DNA of 64,000 nt from an uncultured cyanobacterium (GCA_963710605.1 CAVQBA010000001.1:299800-363799); one strand, 5' to 3'. Numbered from the stretch's first letter, positions 9,798 through 21,832 are shown. The notes: generated from the letters alone by a model not told the origin. Program-made: numbers and translations.

Positions 9798-10517
9798 TTA
9801 CTTACTCCCAAAACAATAATCTCGATATCCATTCATATATTCCATCGCCTCAGATACAGCCAAAGGATTAAGGTTACGTCTATTTTCAGGAAATCTTTGT
9901 AATACCTCGGTAGGGGATAAATATACAGCACACCAAGAATAATTAAACTCTAATTGTGCTTCAACTAAAGACTTAATAAAATGAACGGTAAAATCATTAG
10001 GTAAAGCAAAAGCCGCTTGAGACAAATATTCTAAAGGTGATGTTTTCAACATCGATTCTGGGCTATTAAGTGTTAATGCTGATAAAGATAAATAGTTATC
10101 CATCGCCAAGATATAACCATAGACAAATTTTTCTTCGGCAGTTAAATCTTTTACTTTCAAATCCTGAATACTTTGAAAACGTTTTTTCTTCATCAATGCT
10201 TGCAAAAACAATTCACCGTTATTTTGCCCATCATAATTCCAACTTAAACCATTAATCACGGCGGCTTTTTTATCAAGTGATGCACTGCTTAATAAAAAAT
10301 CTGTCACTGTTTTATCCATCGTTTTAGTTTGTTTAACTTGATTGACAATCGATAAATTTTCGTAGCCAGAGGTTAAATCGGTAGATGTCAACGGGCTATC
10401 TGCTTTAACTGGGTTAGCAGTTAGTGATACCCAAACGACTATTACTGAGGTGATAGTCTTTAATTTTGTCCACGATTGCGCAGCGCCGGCTTCAGCCGAT
10501 CGTTTAATTATGTTCAT
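9798..10517 (-). CDS. Hypothetical exported protein
   Basis: 239 aa ORF with signal-peptide-like N-terminus (VKA-DSP) that carries the 24-nt micro-insertion. Confidence 0.75.
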   Translation of the reverse strand: MNIIKRSAEAGAAQSWTKLKTITSVIVVWVSLTANPVKADSPLTSTDLTSGYENLSIVNQVKQTKTMDKTVTDFLLSSASLDKKAAVINGLSWNYDGQNNGELFLQALMKKKRFQSIQDLKVKDLTAEEKFVYGYILAMDNYLSLSALTLNSPESMLKTSPLEYLSQAAFALPNDFTVHFIKSLVEAQLEFNYSWCAVYLSPTEVLQRFPENRRNLNPLAVSEAMEYMNGYRDYCFGSK

Positions 10518-10840
10518 CTTTTGTTAATCTAATATGATAAATAAAGTTGTCTGTAATCGATTGTATCCATTAGGGAAAATATCTTTTAAGCTATATGTAA
10601 TTAAAAAAATAACTCTAATTTTTCTGCTAACTCTACTAGTTACAAAGACTAAAATAAATGAGTAAACTGTTTCTGCCCGTAATCTTTTTTAATATTTGCT
10701 TTGTGTCTTAACTTTTGTTAGAGATATAAATTTTAAGCAAATCGACAAGGTATTATTTTGCTCGATAAAATCTTAATCATTAGTTAAAATTACTTTCTAA
10801 TCAAGGATAACTAAATTTAAAAATTTAATAATATTAAAGA

Positions 10841-11962
10841 ATGAAACCACAACAACAATTAATTGATTTACAAACTCTTGCAAGTGGTGATGTTTTACAA
10901 TTACAAACTTATCAATTTAAAGGAAAAACTGGTAATAAAAAAGTTTATATTCAAGCTAATTTACATGGTGCAGAAATAGTAGGTAATGCTGTAATTTATG
11001 AATTAATTCAGTTTTTATCACAGCTAAAACCAGAAGATATTGCAGGTGAAATATTACTTGTTCCTTTTTGTAATCCTCTTGGTGTTAATCAAAGAAGTTT
11101 GTTTTTTTCTACAGGCAGATACAATCCATATGATGGTAATAATTGGAATCGTATTTTTTGGGATTATGTAGATGAGAAACCTGATTTTGATACTTTTGTT
11201 AGTCAGAATATTAATTTAAGTAAGTCGGTAATTCAAGATAACTATCGTCAACAAATAATTAGTAAATTCAAACAAAAAATTAAACAGCAAACAGCGAGAG
11301 GATTATCTTTTTCTCAGCATTATCGTAACCAATTACATTTATTGTCTTTATCTGCTGATTATGTAATTGATATTCATAGTTCAAGTATAGAAGCGATCGA
11401 TTATCTTTATTGTTTTGAGCAACGCCAAAAAAGTGCTGATTATTTTTTATTAGACTATGCTATTTTAATGAATAAATATGATGGTTATGCTTTTGATGAA
11501 GCCTTTTTAAACCCTTGGTTAGTATTAGAAAAAAAGTTTGCTAAACAAAGAAGAAATATTGTTTTTGATCTTGAATCATGGACATTAGAATTAGGTAGCG
11601 GAATGCGTGTAAATGAAAATTCTGTTACTAAAGGGGTTAAGGGAATTGTTAATTATTTAGCCTCTAAAAATGTAATTAATCAAGTAGTCAAATTACCAAC
11701 AAAAACAACTACTTTTATTCCTAAAAATACAGTTAAAAGTTATTATGCAAGCACAGGTGGAATTATCCGCAATCGTCTAGGTGCAGGCACAAAAGTCAAA
11801 CATGGGGATATTCTGTGTCAAATATTGAGTTTTGGGAAAAACAACTCTCAACCTGAGGTAATTGAAATCGAATCGATCAATCGGGGTATAATTTATGATG
11901 TATCCATTAACGATACAGTCAATCAAGGTGAATATATCCTAGGAATCTTTCCTTATGTCTAA
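10841..11962 (+). CDS. Succinylglutamate desuccinylase/aspartoacylase family (M14-like) protein
   Basis: QANLHGAE, NWNR, IDIHS, TLELG motifs. Confidence 0.88.
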   Translation: MKPQQQLIDLQTLASGDVLQLQTYQFKGKTGNKKVYIQANLHGAEIVGNAVIYELIQFLSQLKPEDIAGEILLVPFCNPLGVNQRSLFFSTGRYNPYDGNNWNRIFWDYVDEKPDFDTFVSQNINLSKSVIQDNYRQQIISKFKQKIKQQTARGLSFSQHYRNQLHLLSLSADYVIDIHSSSIEAIDYLYCFEQRQKSADYFLLDYAILMNKYDGYAFDEAFLNPWLVLEKKFAKQRRNIVFDLESWTLELGSGMRVNENSVTKGVKGIVNYLASKNVINQVVKLPTKTTTFIPKNTVKSYYASTGGIIRNRLGAGTKVKHGDILCQILSFGKNNSQPEVIEIESINRGIIYDVSINDTVNQGEYILGIFPYV

Positions 11963-12896
11963 TTCGATTACCTCTTCTTTTTCCGCAATCCCTGAAACTC
12001 CTCCTAATTTTAAATCTGGTTTCGTTGCCATTATTGGTCGTCCTAATGTCGGCAAATCAACGATAATGAACGAATTAATCGGGCAAAAAATAGCGATAAC
12101 CTCCCCCGTCGCCCAAACCACTCGTAACCGTTTGAGGGGGATTTTAACCACACCACAGGCACAAATAATCTTTGTCGATACCCCCGGTATTCATAAACCT
12201 CATCATGAGTTAGGTAGAGTTTTAGTCCAAAATGCAACTTCAGCTATTAATAACGTTGATGTTGTTTTGTTTGTGGTTGATTCTTCGTCTGATGCAGGTG
12301 GAGGCGATCGATTTATCATAGATTTACTTAAAAAGAGTAAAACTCCTGTAATTTTAGGTTTAAACAAAATTGATTTACAAGGAGAAAATCGAGAAGAATT
12401 ATTTGAAAGTTACGATGATGTCTGCCCTGAAAATTGGGAAGTAGCTAAATTTTCGGCACTAACAGGAAAAGGGTTAGATTATCTACAACAAAAATTAATT
12501 GAAAAACTAGAACCAGGTCCTTATTATTATCCACCCGAATTAGTCACAGATCAACCAGAAAGATTTATTATTGGTGAATTAATTAGAGAGCAAATATTAT
12601 TACTAACCAGAGAAGAGATACCCCATTCAGTTGCCGTCACGATCGAAAAAATAGAAGAAGGAAAACAAAAGACCAAAATTTTTGCGGCGATTAATGTCGA
12701 AAGAAATTCGCAAAAGGGTATAGTTATCGGGCAAAAAGGTCAAATGTTAAAACAAATTGGTACTGCTTCTCGTAAGCAAATGCAGAAATTATTAAGCGGT
12801 AAAGTTTATCTAGAATTATTCGTCAAAGTAGAACCAAAATGGCGACAATCAAGATTAAGATTAGCTGAATTTGGTTATAAAAAAATGGATGATTGA
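11955..12896 (+). CDS. era: GTPase Era
   Basis: GRPNVGKS, AQTTR, DTPG, NKID, C-terminal KH domain. Confidence 0.97.
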   Translation: MSNSITSSFSAIPETPPNFKSGFVAIIGRPNVGKSTIMNELIGQKIAITSPVAQTTRNRLRGILTTPQAQIIFVDTPGIHKPHHELGRVLVQNATSAINNVDVVLFVVDSSSDAGGGDRFIIDLLKKSKTPVILGLNKIDLQGENREELFESYDDVCPENWEVAKFSALTGKGLDYLQQKLIEKLEPGPYYYPPELVTDQPERFIIGELIREQILLLTREEIPHSVAVTIEKIEEGKQKTKIFAAINVERNSQKGIVIGQKGQMLKQIGTASRKQMQKLLSGKVYLELFVKVEPKWRQSRLRLAEFGYKKMDD

Positions 12897-12992
12897 TATA
12901 AATAGATCGATTAATCTAAAGTAAAATCCAATTATAGCCAATGCGATCGACTGTTATCATACTGTATAAATAATAATTTTATACTTTAGTAA

Positions 12993-13334
12993 ATGGCAAA
13001 ACTTTCCCCAGAAATTAGTAACACTTTATCGTCAATTAAACAAACTTTATTGGAGGTAATAGATGAATCGACTGCAACCGAATTTATTTTATTTGAGACT
13101 AGAGGAGAAAGCGATGAGACAATTCCCTTTTTAGATGAAATGAAAAATGTTTCTATTCAAGCTAGAGAGAGATATTTTCAGCTTTCTAATTTAGAAGTAG
13201 GAATCGCTGAATCTCAACCCATAGCAACTAATGCTATTATCAACTTATTAACAAAAGCAATAGAGCAAAATCAGATGCGTATTCCGGCTTGGCAACGCAG
13301 TATTCAAGAAGTAAAATTAGAGTGGCAATTATGA
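12993..13334 (+). CDS. Hypothetical protein
   Basis: 113 aa helical ORF, translationally coupled to the next ORF (ATGA overlap). Confidence 0.75.
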   Translation: MAKLSPEISNTLSSIKQTLLEVIDESTATEFILFETRGESDETIPFLDEMKNVSIQARERYFQLSNLEVGIAESQPIATNAIINLLTKAIEQNQMRIPAWQRSIQEVKLEWQL

Positions 13335-13522
13335 TGAGTAACTTACCTCCTATTCCTAATCAAGAAACAAGAAATTATTTATTAAATAATTTGCGTCGAA
13401 CTAATTTAGAGTTAGAAGAATTTGGACTAGAGTTAGATAAAATTATGGCAATCTTAGAACAAGAAAAACAACAAAATAAATTAAATAGAGTTAGACAAAA
13501 ATTGAATTTTTTAACTGAGTAA
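13331..13522 (+). CDS. Small hypothetical protein
   Basis: In-frame ATG at 13331 overlaps the upstream stop codon; helical 63 aa product. Confidence 0.6.
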   Translation: MMSNLPPIPNQETRNYLLNNLRRTNLELEEFGLELDKIMAILEQEKQQNKLNRVRQKLNFLTE

Positions 13523-13660
13523 AATAGTTAAGAAGTACGATTGTCAGTTTTCATACTCTAGCGAAGTCTTTTAGTGCTTAATACAATTGAGAATAGTAAG
13601 TAGATACGAACAATTTACCACCTATTTTCGCTCGAGAAACTAGAAGTTGTTTATTAATTA

Positions 13661-15017
13661 TCAACGATCGATATTTGCTAAAAACTGTTTTAATTGAGGA
13701 ATAATATTACCAAAATGTAAGTGTAAATAAGAAGCATAAACATTATTAATTTGCCATCCTTGAGAAGATAATTGCGTTTGAGAATAATAATCTTTAATAT
13801 TAATAATTGGGTTATTAGGAATATTAGAATTAAGAGCATGATGAAATTCATGTCCTCTTAAAACAAAATCTTTTTGTAGATATTTATTATTAATTAAAAT
13901 AGTTGCTTGTCGGTAACCTAAAGTCAGTTTTTTACTCATAGTGGCTTGATTCGGTAATACCCCAACCATCTCCCATTCTCGCCCTTGAAAATCAACGATC
14001 GCTTCTGATAAATACATCATGCCACCGCATTCGGCGTAAGTAGTTAGTCCATTTCTAATAGCTCGATCGATTTCTAATTTCAATGATTTATTCTGAGCTA
14101 ATTGTTCAGCAAAAATTTCAGGAAAACCACCACCTAAATAAAGAGCGTTAATACCATCTGGTAAAACTCGATCGTTTAAAGGACTAAACTCAATTAATTC
14201 TACTCCCAAATACTCCAAAATATCTAAATTATCTTGATAATAAAAATTAAAACTTTTATCTCTAGCTATGGCAATTGTAATGTTATAATTTTCTTTTTTT
14301 TCTATAAAATATTTTACAATTTTGGTAGTTGTTATAGTTTTTAAATAAGGTAATAATAGCTCCCAATTAAGACTATCTTTGGCTAATTGAGCTAATTGCT
14401 GAAAAATACGATCGTGTTGCTCAATTTCTTCAGTTGGCACTAATCCTAAATGTCTTGAAGGTAACTCAATATTTTGGTAGCGAAACCAAACGCCCATAAC
14501 AGGAATAACACAGTCTTTTAACCCTGCTTTTAATAAAGATAAATGTTTTTGGCTACCTACTTTATTTAAAATTAAGTCCGACAATCTTGACTTGCCGATC
14601 GAAATTGAGATAACCTAAAACGATCGCACCTACAGAAATACTTAATTTACTACAATCAAGAATCAAGACAACAGGTAAATCAAGTAACTTAGCAATATAA
14701 GCCGTACTAGCATAATAAGGTGAAATATCGGTAGGTACACCATCAAACAAACCCATTACCCCTTCAATGATACTCAAGTCACTATCTTGACTATGATAAT
14801 CAAAACACCATCTTACATAATCCTCTGAAGTTAAAATAGGATCTAGATTACGACACGATCGACTAGTAATAGTAGAATGAAACATAGGATCGATATAATC
14901 TGGTCCTACTTTAAAAGATTGCAAACAATGACCCTGACTTCTTAGATATGCCAATATAGCTAAAGTAATCGTTGTTTTACCGACACCACTTCTTTCTCCT
15001 GCGATAATTAGAGTCAT
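13661..15017 (-). CDS. cobB: Cobyrinate a,c-diamide synthase, split by a frameshift near 14575
   Basis: N-half has SGVGKT, FKVGPDYID, EGVMGLFDG; C-half has SRHLGL, GGGFPE, YAECGG, GHEFH, YLHLHF. Confidence 0.9.
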
Positions 15018-15146
15018 AAATTAAACAACAAACTACACATAACAGAATATAACTTTATCGATCGGGTTGAATGATATTCAACCCCTACGTTAACTTTTGG
15101 GTAATACCAATTAATCATCTCTACTTGAAACTTAAGACTTAATTTG

Positions 15147-15668
15147 TTAGTCATATTCAACTAAACTCAAAATAGGAATATTGGGTAATTTTTCTTTACC
15201 TTGCAAACCCTTCAAATCGATAATAAAAGCACAAGCAACTAACTCACAACCAATTTTAGTAACCAAATCAGCCGTCGCTTTAGCTGTGCCACCTGTGGCA
15301 ATCAAATCATCGACAATCATCACCTTCGCCCCTTTAGGCATCGCGTCTTGATGAATCTCTAAAATATCTGTGCCATATTCCAAATCGTATTCTAAACTAT
15401 AAACATCAGCAGGTAACTTACCCTTCTTCCTTACAGGCACAAAACCCGCATTAATTTGATAAGCTAATGCAGGAGCAAAAATGAAGCCCCTAGATTCAAT
15501 CCCGACAATATATTCTGGTTGAGTTTCTAGCTGTTGAGTTTTTTTGGCTAAAGAATCGATAACAGCCTTTAAACCTTCTTTATCTTTAAGTAATGTTGTT
15601 ATATCTCGAAAAACAATTCCTTGTTGCGGAAAATCGGGTATATCCCGAATCAAACTTTTAAAATCCAT
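15147..15668 (-). CDS. apt: Adenine phosphoribosyltransferase
   Basis: [30 protein letters not shown]. Confidence 0.97.
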   Translation of the reverse strand: MDFKSLIRDIPDFPQQGIVFRDITTLLKDKEGLKAVIDSLAKKTQQLETQPEYIVGIESRGFIFAPALAYQINAGFVPVRKKGKLPADVYSLEYDLEYGTDILEIHQDAMPKGAKVMIVDDLIATGGTAKATADLVTKIGCELVACAFIIDLKGLQGKEKLPNIPILSLVEYD

Positions 15669-15778
15669 GATAGATAGTTGATAATTTATACAAGAAGAAT
15701 AAGGAATAGAGAATAAAAAAAAACAACTAACTTTTAACTGTTTAAATGATCAGTTTAGGTGGGCATTGCCCACCCTAC

Positions 15779-15835
15779 TCTTAACTCTTAACTCTTAACT
15801 CTTAACTCTTAACTCTTAACTTTTAACTTTTAACT
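15779..15835. repeat. Heptamer tandem repeat (TTAACTC)n
   Basis: About 8 units; another tract at 38763-38794. Confidence 0.85.
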
Positions 15836-16998
15836 TATTTCCCCATTCCTAATTGTTGAGCTTTCTGATATACTTTTCCTTCTGTGAGTAATGAAGGTGC
15901 GATCACTACTTCTACTTCTTGCATTTGTTTAATGTCTTTTGCACCTAATGTTCCCATACTAGTTTGTAAAGCACCTAATAGATTATGAGTACCGTCATCA
16001 AGTTTAGCAGGACCTGTTAAGATATCTTCGATCGTTCCTGTCGTACCTACATTAATTCTTGTACCACGAGGTAAAACAGGGCTAGGAGTCGCCATCCCCC
16101 AATGAAAACCACGCCCAGGGGCTTCCTCCGCACGTGCAATAGGAGAACCAATCATTACCCCATCTGCACCACAAGCAATACATTTACAAATATCACCACC
16201 TGTAATAATTCCACCATCAGCAATAACAGGTACATAATTACCAGTCTGTTGTTGATAATCATCACGAGCGGCGGCACAATCAGCCACAGCAGTAGCTTGA
16301 GGTACACCGACACCCAAGACACCACGAGAAGTACAAGCCGCACCCGGACCTATTCCGACTAATACAGCCGCCGCCCCAGCCTTCATTAAATTGAGAGCGA
16401 CATCATAAGTGACACAGTTACCCAAAACTACAGGCATGGGCATCTTGGCACAAAAATCAGCTAAATCTAAGGGCTCGATCGATTCAGGGGCTAAATAGTC
16501 AGTAGAAACAACCGTCGCTTGAATAAAAACCATATCAGCACCAGCCTCAGCAACGATCGAACCGTATTTCGTCGCACCCACAGGAGTTAAACTAACTGCC
16601 GCTATTCCACCTTTTTCTTTGACTTGACTGATTCTTTTTTTGATTAACTCAGGTTGTATCGGTTTGCTATATAATTCTTGCATCAAACCAACAAATTCAG
16701 ACTTCCCGATTGAGCTAATACGATCTAAAATAGGATTAGGATCTTCGTAACGAGTTTGAATCCCCTCTAAATTAATAACTCCCATCGAACCTAATTCAGA
16801 GAGTAAAACAGCCATATTAACATCAACAACACCATCCATTGCACTGGCAATAATCGGAATCTTTCTTTCTATACCACCGATAGCCATGGTTGTATCTGCT
16901 AAACTAGGGTCTAAAGTACGTATTCCGGGAACTAATGCTATTTCATCTATACCATAAGCCCTACGAGATTTTTTCCCACGTCCAATTATAATTTCCAC
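15835..16998 (-). CDS. guaB: GuaB3-family IMP dehydrogenase
   Basis: [24 protein letters not shown]; cyanobacterial type without CBS domains. Confidence 0.92.
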   Translation of the reverse strand: MEIIIGRGKKSRRAYGIDEIALVPGIRTLDPSLADTTMAIGGIERKIPIIASAMDGVVDVNMAVLLSELGSMGVINLEGIQTRYEDPNPILDRISSIGKSEFVGLMQELYSKPIQPELIKKRISQVKEKGGIAAVSLTPVGATKYGSIVAEAGADMVFIQATVVSTDYLAPESIEPLDLADFCAKMPMPVVLGNCVTYDVALNLMKAGAAAVLVGIGPGAACTSRGVLGVGVPQATAVADCAAARDDYQQQTGNYVPVIADGGIITGGDICKCIACGADGVMIGSPIARAEEAPGRGFHWGMATPSPVLPRGTRINVGTTGTIEDILTGPAKLDDGTHNLLGALQTSMGTLGAKDIKQMQEVEVVIAPSLLTEGKVYQKAQQLGMGK

Positions 16999-17233
16999 TT
17001 TATTTCTACTATTAAGTTATTTGCTTAGATTATCAAATTTTCAACGATCGTGGCAATTTGAGCAATATCTAACTGAAAATATAATTGATAACTAGTATTT
17101 TTGCGATTAAATTTTAATGTCTTAGTCTAAATTTAAATGACGATAAATACGAAAAAGATATTTCTAAAATCTAGTGATTTGATTTGTACAATAGAATTAG
17201 GTTGTTTTTGCTCAGTAAAAGTGAAGGATTTTT

Positions 17234-17653
17234 ATGTTAGGTAAGTTTCAAACAAGTGAGTTACGGATTGAAGTTAAAGCTACAGAATTAGTAATACGTG
17301 ATGGTTTATTGAATTGTTCGCAACTCAAGCAGTGGTTTTCTCCTTTACAACTAAAGGGTGATTTTTCGAGTGAATTAACTTCTGGAGATGTTTTTATTTC
17401 TTCTGCGGGTTTGCTAGAGGTGGAAAATAAGGTCGAAATTATTAACAGTAATTGTTTTAATCTTCTTTTAAGTAAAGGTATTGACGGTTATCAGCAATGG
17501 TGTTGGGGTGATGGTTGGGTACAATCTCGTTTGGAGGGTGTTTCTGTTTTACCTCTTAGTTTAGGTCATAGTTTCAATTTGTTACGTTTGAGAAATTGGC
17601 TTAATAATCACGAATCATTAAAAACTACTACTAAAATAATTGAGATTGAATAG
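17234..17653 (+). CDS. Conserved cyanobacterial hypothetical protein
   Basis: GIDGYQQWCWGDGWVQSRLEGVSVLPL motif; 139 aa. Confidence 0.75.
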   Translation: MLGKFQTSELRIEVKATELVIRDGLLNCSQLKQWFSPLQLKGDFSSELTSGDVFISSAGLLEVENKVEIINSNCFNLLLSKGIDGYQQWCWGDGWVQSRLEGVSVLPLSLGHSFNLLRLRNWLNNHESLKTTTKIIEIE

Positions 17654-17743
17654 TTTTTATTTAATTGGTAAACAGATTCGATCGTAATTTTGATTTGACG
17701 GTGGGTATTACCCACCCTACATCAGTAATTTAATTATCAATTA

Positions 17744-18412
17744 TCAATTATCAGATCGATATTCAAGAGTCCAATGACGAGGAGAAGACTGATAAACTTG
17801 TGCTTTGTGCCAACCTATTTGTTGGGTAATTGCCTTTACTTCGGCAATAGTTAAAGCCGCATGCAATGAATCTTGAAATAATTTTTTTTGTCGAGGGCTA
17901 TAATCTAGATTTGCTTGTTCAACAATTTGATTAATTTGCTCTACTGAATCTGGACGTAGTAAGTCTCTAATCAAGACGTTACCATCTTTTTTAACAACTC
18001 GATCGATTTGTTTAAATAATAAATACGGATGTGGTATATGATGAACCAAACTATTTGTCATCACCAAATCAAAACTATGATCAGGGTAAGGCATTTTTTT
18101 GCCATCAATTAACTCTAAGCGAATTCGATCGGATTTATTTGCTTGCTCGATATTTTTTTGTCCGAGTTTTAGCATTGATTGAGCTAAATCAACACCCACT
18201 ATCTCATACTCTGGACACAATTGGCTCAGAAACAAGGGAATACGAGCCGTACCCGTACCAATATCTAATACTTGTGTCTGTACTTGATTAATCTTTAATT
18301 TGCTGGCTAGAAGGGCAAAATCATAATTTACATCGCTAAAATCCATTTGATCATATTCTTGGGCTTCAGACTCATCATCCATTACTTCGGGTTCTAAAAT
18401 ACGTTCAATCAT
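17744..18412 (-). CDS. Class I SAM-dependent methyltransferase
   Basis: VLDIGTGTA, VGVDLA, FDLV motifs. Confidence 0.92.
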   Translation of the reverse strand: MIERILEPEVMDDESEAQEYDQMDFSDVNYDFALLASKLKINQVQTQVLDIGTGTARIPLFLSQLCPEYEIVGVDLAQSMLKLGQKNIEQANKSDRIRLELIDGKKMPYPDHSFDLVMTNSLVHHIPHPYLLFKQIDRVVKKDGNVLIRDLLRPDSVEQINQIVEQANLDYSPRQKKLFQDSLHAALTIAEVKAITQQIGWHKAQVYQSSPRHWTLEYRSDN

Positions 18413-18474
18413 AAAAACAAAATAACAGTATTCTTTATTTTTAATTCTTACTTTTTAATATCTAACTTTTGAAA

Positions 18475-18918
18475 TTAATAGAGAAAATCAGTTAAAATTT
18501 CATCAGGTTCATCATCAAGTTCATCATCCTCATCTACAGGTGCAAGAGAATGTGGTGGTAATTTCTGTGTATAGTCACGCACAGTAATTTGATGTTGAAC
18601 AAAATCCATCAGTTTTTCCTGAATCAATAAACGATTTTCTAACTCTTCTAGTTTGCTTTCTTTCGCCTCTAAAACGGTTAATCGATCGTTTAGTTGTTGA
18701 TCATGATCATCACCATCAATTGTCTGATTAGCCTGAAAATGCTTCGGTTTTGGTGTTTGTTGAGTAACCTGAGAATTTAAAGTTTGCTTAATCATTTCGA
18801 TTAATAATTCCTCAAGTGACTGCCCTTGTTGTTTTGCTAAATCATTTAATTGCTCATGCCATTGACTAGGTATTTTTAAATTGAGATTAAGAGGTTGATA
18901 GATGATTTTTTTAGTCAT
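18475..18918 (-). CDS. Hypothetical protein (possible ribbon-helix-helix N-terminus, acidic C-terminus)
   Basis: ATG at 18918 preferred; LNLKIPSQWHEQLNDLAKQQGQSLEELL pattern; ends DEPDEILTDFL. Confidence 0.65.
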   Translation of the reverse strand: MTKKIIYQPLNLNLKIPSQWHEQLNDLAKQQGQSLEELLIEMIKQTLNSQVTQQTPKPKHFQANQTIDGDDHDQQLNDRLTVLEAKESKLEELENRLLIQEKLMDFVQHQITVRDYTQKLPPHSLAPVDEDDELDDEPDEILTDFLY

Positions 18919-19265
18919 TAGATGAATTAAAAATTCAAAAGTATAAATACTACTGTGTTTTGTGTCAGTAAGCAAAAATATATTTTAAACTATTATCCTT
19001 GACGATCGCAAAAACCAAATAACTGAGAATAATTTGCTCAACTTCTTTCATTAACCAGAAACTGAAAACAAAGCTGAACATTCATTATTATTAATTGATA
19101 GACACTCTTGAGTCGCAAAATTACAAAAAAAAAGGGAATAAATCCCTCAAAAACAATTAGATAAGTCACACATTTACGAAAACTAAAATCGCAAAATAAA
19201 ATTAGTGCTGTAATTAAGAATATAATTTTGTTTAGTAAACTGATAAATAAAAAATTAAATCTTAA

Positions 19266-20576
19266 TTAAACTTTATATTTTCCACCTTTAGCAGGGTCAC
19301 TCCAGTCACAAGCATATCCTTTAGTCTCAGCTACATATTGATTCCAAGGTATAGGAGCGACAGGGGCATCAGTAGCAGAAACAATTTCAAATAAACCATC
19401 ATCTCTAACTTGACCAATACGTACTGTTTTAGAGATATGATGATTAGGATACATTTCTACTTGTCCTTCAGGAGCATCAAATTGTTGACCAATAGCGGCT
19501 TCTCTGACTGCTTCTAAATCGGTTGTGCCGGCCGCTTCTACGGCTTGTTTCCAAAGATAAACCATAATATAAGCCGCTTCCATCGGATCATTAGTTACTC
19601 TTTCTTCACCATATTCGGCTTTAAAAGCTTCGACAAATTTGTTATTTTCGGGAGTATCAACAGTTTGGAAATAATTCCAAGCGGCGTAATGATCTTTTAA
19701 ATATTCAACCCCAATTTGCTTAACTTCTTCTTCGGCTACACTTACAGACATTACAGGGTATTGATCAGGAGTTAACCCAGCCGCTTGAATTTGTTTGAAG
19801 AAAGCAACGTTACTATCTCCATTCAAACTGTTAAAAATAACGCCACCGTTTGGTAAAGCACTTTTAATTTTAGTAATAATAGGAGTAACTTCAGTATTAC
19901 CTAATGGTAAATAATCTTCGCCGACGGTTGTACCACCATTTGCTTCTAGTTGAGCTTTAATAATATTATTAGCAGTACGAGGGAAAACATAGTCTGAACC
20001 AACTAAGAAAAATTCTTTACCTTTGTTTTCTAATAACCAATCTACAGCCGGTTCAATTTGTTGATTTGGTGCCGCACCAGTATAAAAAATATTTTTAGAA
20101 CATTCCTGACCTTCGTATTGTACAGGATACCAAAGCATATGATTTTTGGATTCAAATACTGGTAATACAGCTTTACGACTAGCTGATGTCCAACAACCAA
20201 AAACGGTTACTACGTTATCTTGATCGATTAGTTTGGTTGCTTTTTCCGCAAATGTAGGCCAATCAGAGCCACCGTCTTCGATAACGGCTTCTATTTGTTT
20301 ACCTAATACTCCACCTGCTTCATTAATTTCTTTAATTGCTAATTGTTCAGCATCAACTACTGTGGTTTCACTGATTGCCATTGTGCCACTCAAAGAGTGT
20401 AATATTCCGACTTTAATTGTGTCTCCATCTGCACTAGGAGTACCTGGATTGGTTGTTACATCTGGTGTTCCGTCAGTATCGCTAGTTGGTGAATCGCTAC
20501 AGGCTTTTAAAAATAAACTTGTACCAAGAGTTGCTGAACCGTATAAAAGAAACTTTCTTCTACCTAATTTCGACAT
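19266..20576 (-). CDS. urtA: Urea ABC transporter substrate-binding protein UrtA
   Basis: Tat/lipoprotein signal, [35 protein letters not shown]. Confidence 0.95.
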   Translation of the reverse strand: MSKLGRRKFLLYGSATLGTSLFLKACSDSPTSDTDGTPDVTTNPGTPSADGDTIKVGILHSLSGTMAISETTVVDAEQLAIKEINEAGGVLGKQIEAVIEDGGSDWPTFAEKATKLIDQDNVVTVFGCWTSASRKAVLPVFESKNHMLWYPVQYEGQECSKNIFYTGAAPNQQIEPAVDWLLENKGKEFFLVGSDYVFPRTANNIIKAQLEANGGTTVGEDYLPLGNTEVTPIITKIKSALPNGGVIFNSLNGDSNVAFFKQIQAAGLTPDQYPVMSVSVAEEEVKQIGVEYLKDHYAAWNYFQTVDTPENNKFVEAFKAEYGEERVTNDPMEAAYIMVYLWKQAVEAAGTTDLEAVREAAIGQQFDAPEGQVEMYPNHHISKTVRIGQVRDDGLFEIVSATDAPVAPIPWNQYVAETKGYACDWSDPAKGGKYKV

Positions 20577-20613
20577 ATGTTTTGTTGCTTATTAAATTTA
20601 GCTAAACTTCTCT

Positions 20614-20655
20614 ATGTTAAAGATAAGGTTAATGTCTTTTTGTATTTATTAATAC
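20614..20655 (-). promoter_or_regulatory. Class II NtcA-activated promoter of urtA
   Basis: GTA-N8-TAC at 20642-20655, followed 22 nt downstream on the minus strand by TAACAT (20619-20614). Confidence 0.85.
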
Positions 20656-20933
20656 TTTTTCTTGGGTATTCTCTGGTAAGTATTTATTCGTAATTTATTA
20701 AAAGTAATTTTTTTTTCAAGTATTTTACTCAAAAAGCACGACAATGTTTACGACAATTGTTTATTTGAAAGGTGTTGAGCAATCATATAATTGTACAAAA
20801 AATTTAAAAATTTAAAGCTAGGTAATAAAAGTTTAGTCAAAATGAAATGATAAATACATTTAGCTGTATGGGTAAAACAGAGTTAGTAGCTAAAATAATA
20901 TATTTAGGCTCAACAATATTTTGCTAAATAATT

Positions 20934-21761
20934 ATGAACCAGAACATCAAAGTCTTAATTTTAGATATCGATGGTACGATTGCAGGAGCTTCAAATCAAG
21001 TAACTTCACGAGTAAAAGAGGTAATTAAAAAGGTTCAACACAAAGGCATTAAAGTTGGTTTAGCAACTGGAAGAATGTATTGTTCGGCTTTAAGGTTTCA
21101 TCAAGATATTGGGGCAGATTTACCCATCATTGGTTATAACGGTGCTTGGATGCAAAACCCTGTAGATTCGCAAATGTTGTTTCATCAACCTGTTGACCAA
21201 AAAAAAATTGTTAAACAGTTGTTAGATTATTTTCGTCAGCAACAACAAAATAGTGATTTGCAAGTACATCTTTATTTTGACGATCGTTTATATGTTGAAA
21301 ATTTTACGGCTAAAACTGATTATTATGTCAAACGAGCAGGTATTACAGCTAATGTAGTTGATGATTTTTCTTCTTTACTGACTCGTAACCCGACTAAATT
21401 ATTAGCTTTGAGCGATGATTCGCAGTTAATTTCACTTTTATTAACTGATTTAAAAAAAATCTACACTGAAGATGAATTATATCTAACTCAATCTAGCCCT
21501 GTTTATTTAGAAGCAACTCAGCCACTGGTAAACAAAGGTACAACCGTTAAATATTTAGTTGAGAAAATTTTGGGTTTAACTAGTGACCAGGTGATGACAA
21601 TGGGTGATAATCTTAATGATTACGAAATGTTAGATTATGCAGGTTTAGGTGTAGCGATGGGTACAGCACCATTAGAGGTGAAACAAATCGCTAATACAGT
21701 AACAAGTAGTGTGGAAGAAGATGGGGTAGCTGAGGCGATCGATCGTTTTTTATTATCTTAA
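20934..21761 (+). CDS. Cof-type HAD-IIB hydrolase
   Basis: LDIDGT, LATGR, NKG, GDNLND. Confidence 0.93.
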   Translation: MNQNIKVLILDIDGTIAGASNQVTSRVKEVIKKVQHKGIKVGLATGRMYCSALRFHQDIGADLPIIGYNGAWMQNPVDSQMLFHQPVDQKKIVKQLLDYFRQQQQNSDLQVHLYFDDRLYVENFTAKTDYYVKRAGITANVVDDFSSLLTRNPTKLLALSDDSQLISLLLTDLKKIYTEDELYLTQSSPVYLEATQPLVNKGTTVKYLVEKILGLTSDQVMTMGDNLNDYEMLDYAGLGVAMGTAPLEVKQIANTVTSSVEEDGVAEAIDRFLLS

Positions 21762-21832
21762 AGCAACGTGTAAAGAGTAAGTTTAAGAATGGAGAATCGT
21801 GAATTGAGAATTACTTTTTACTTCTTCTTCCT

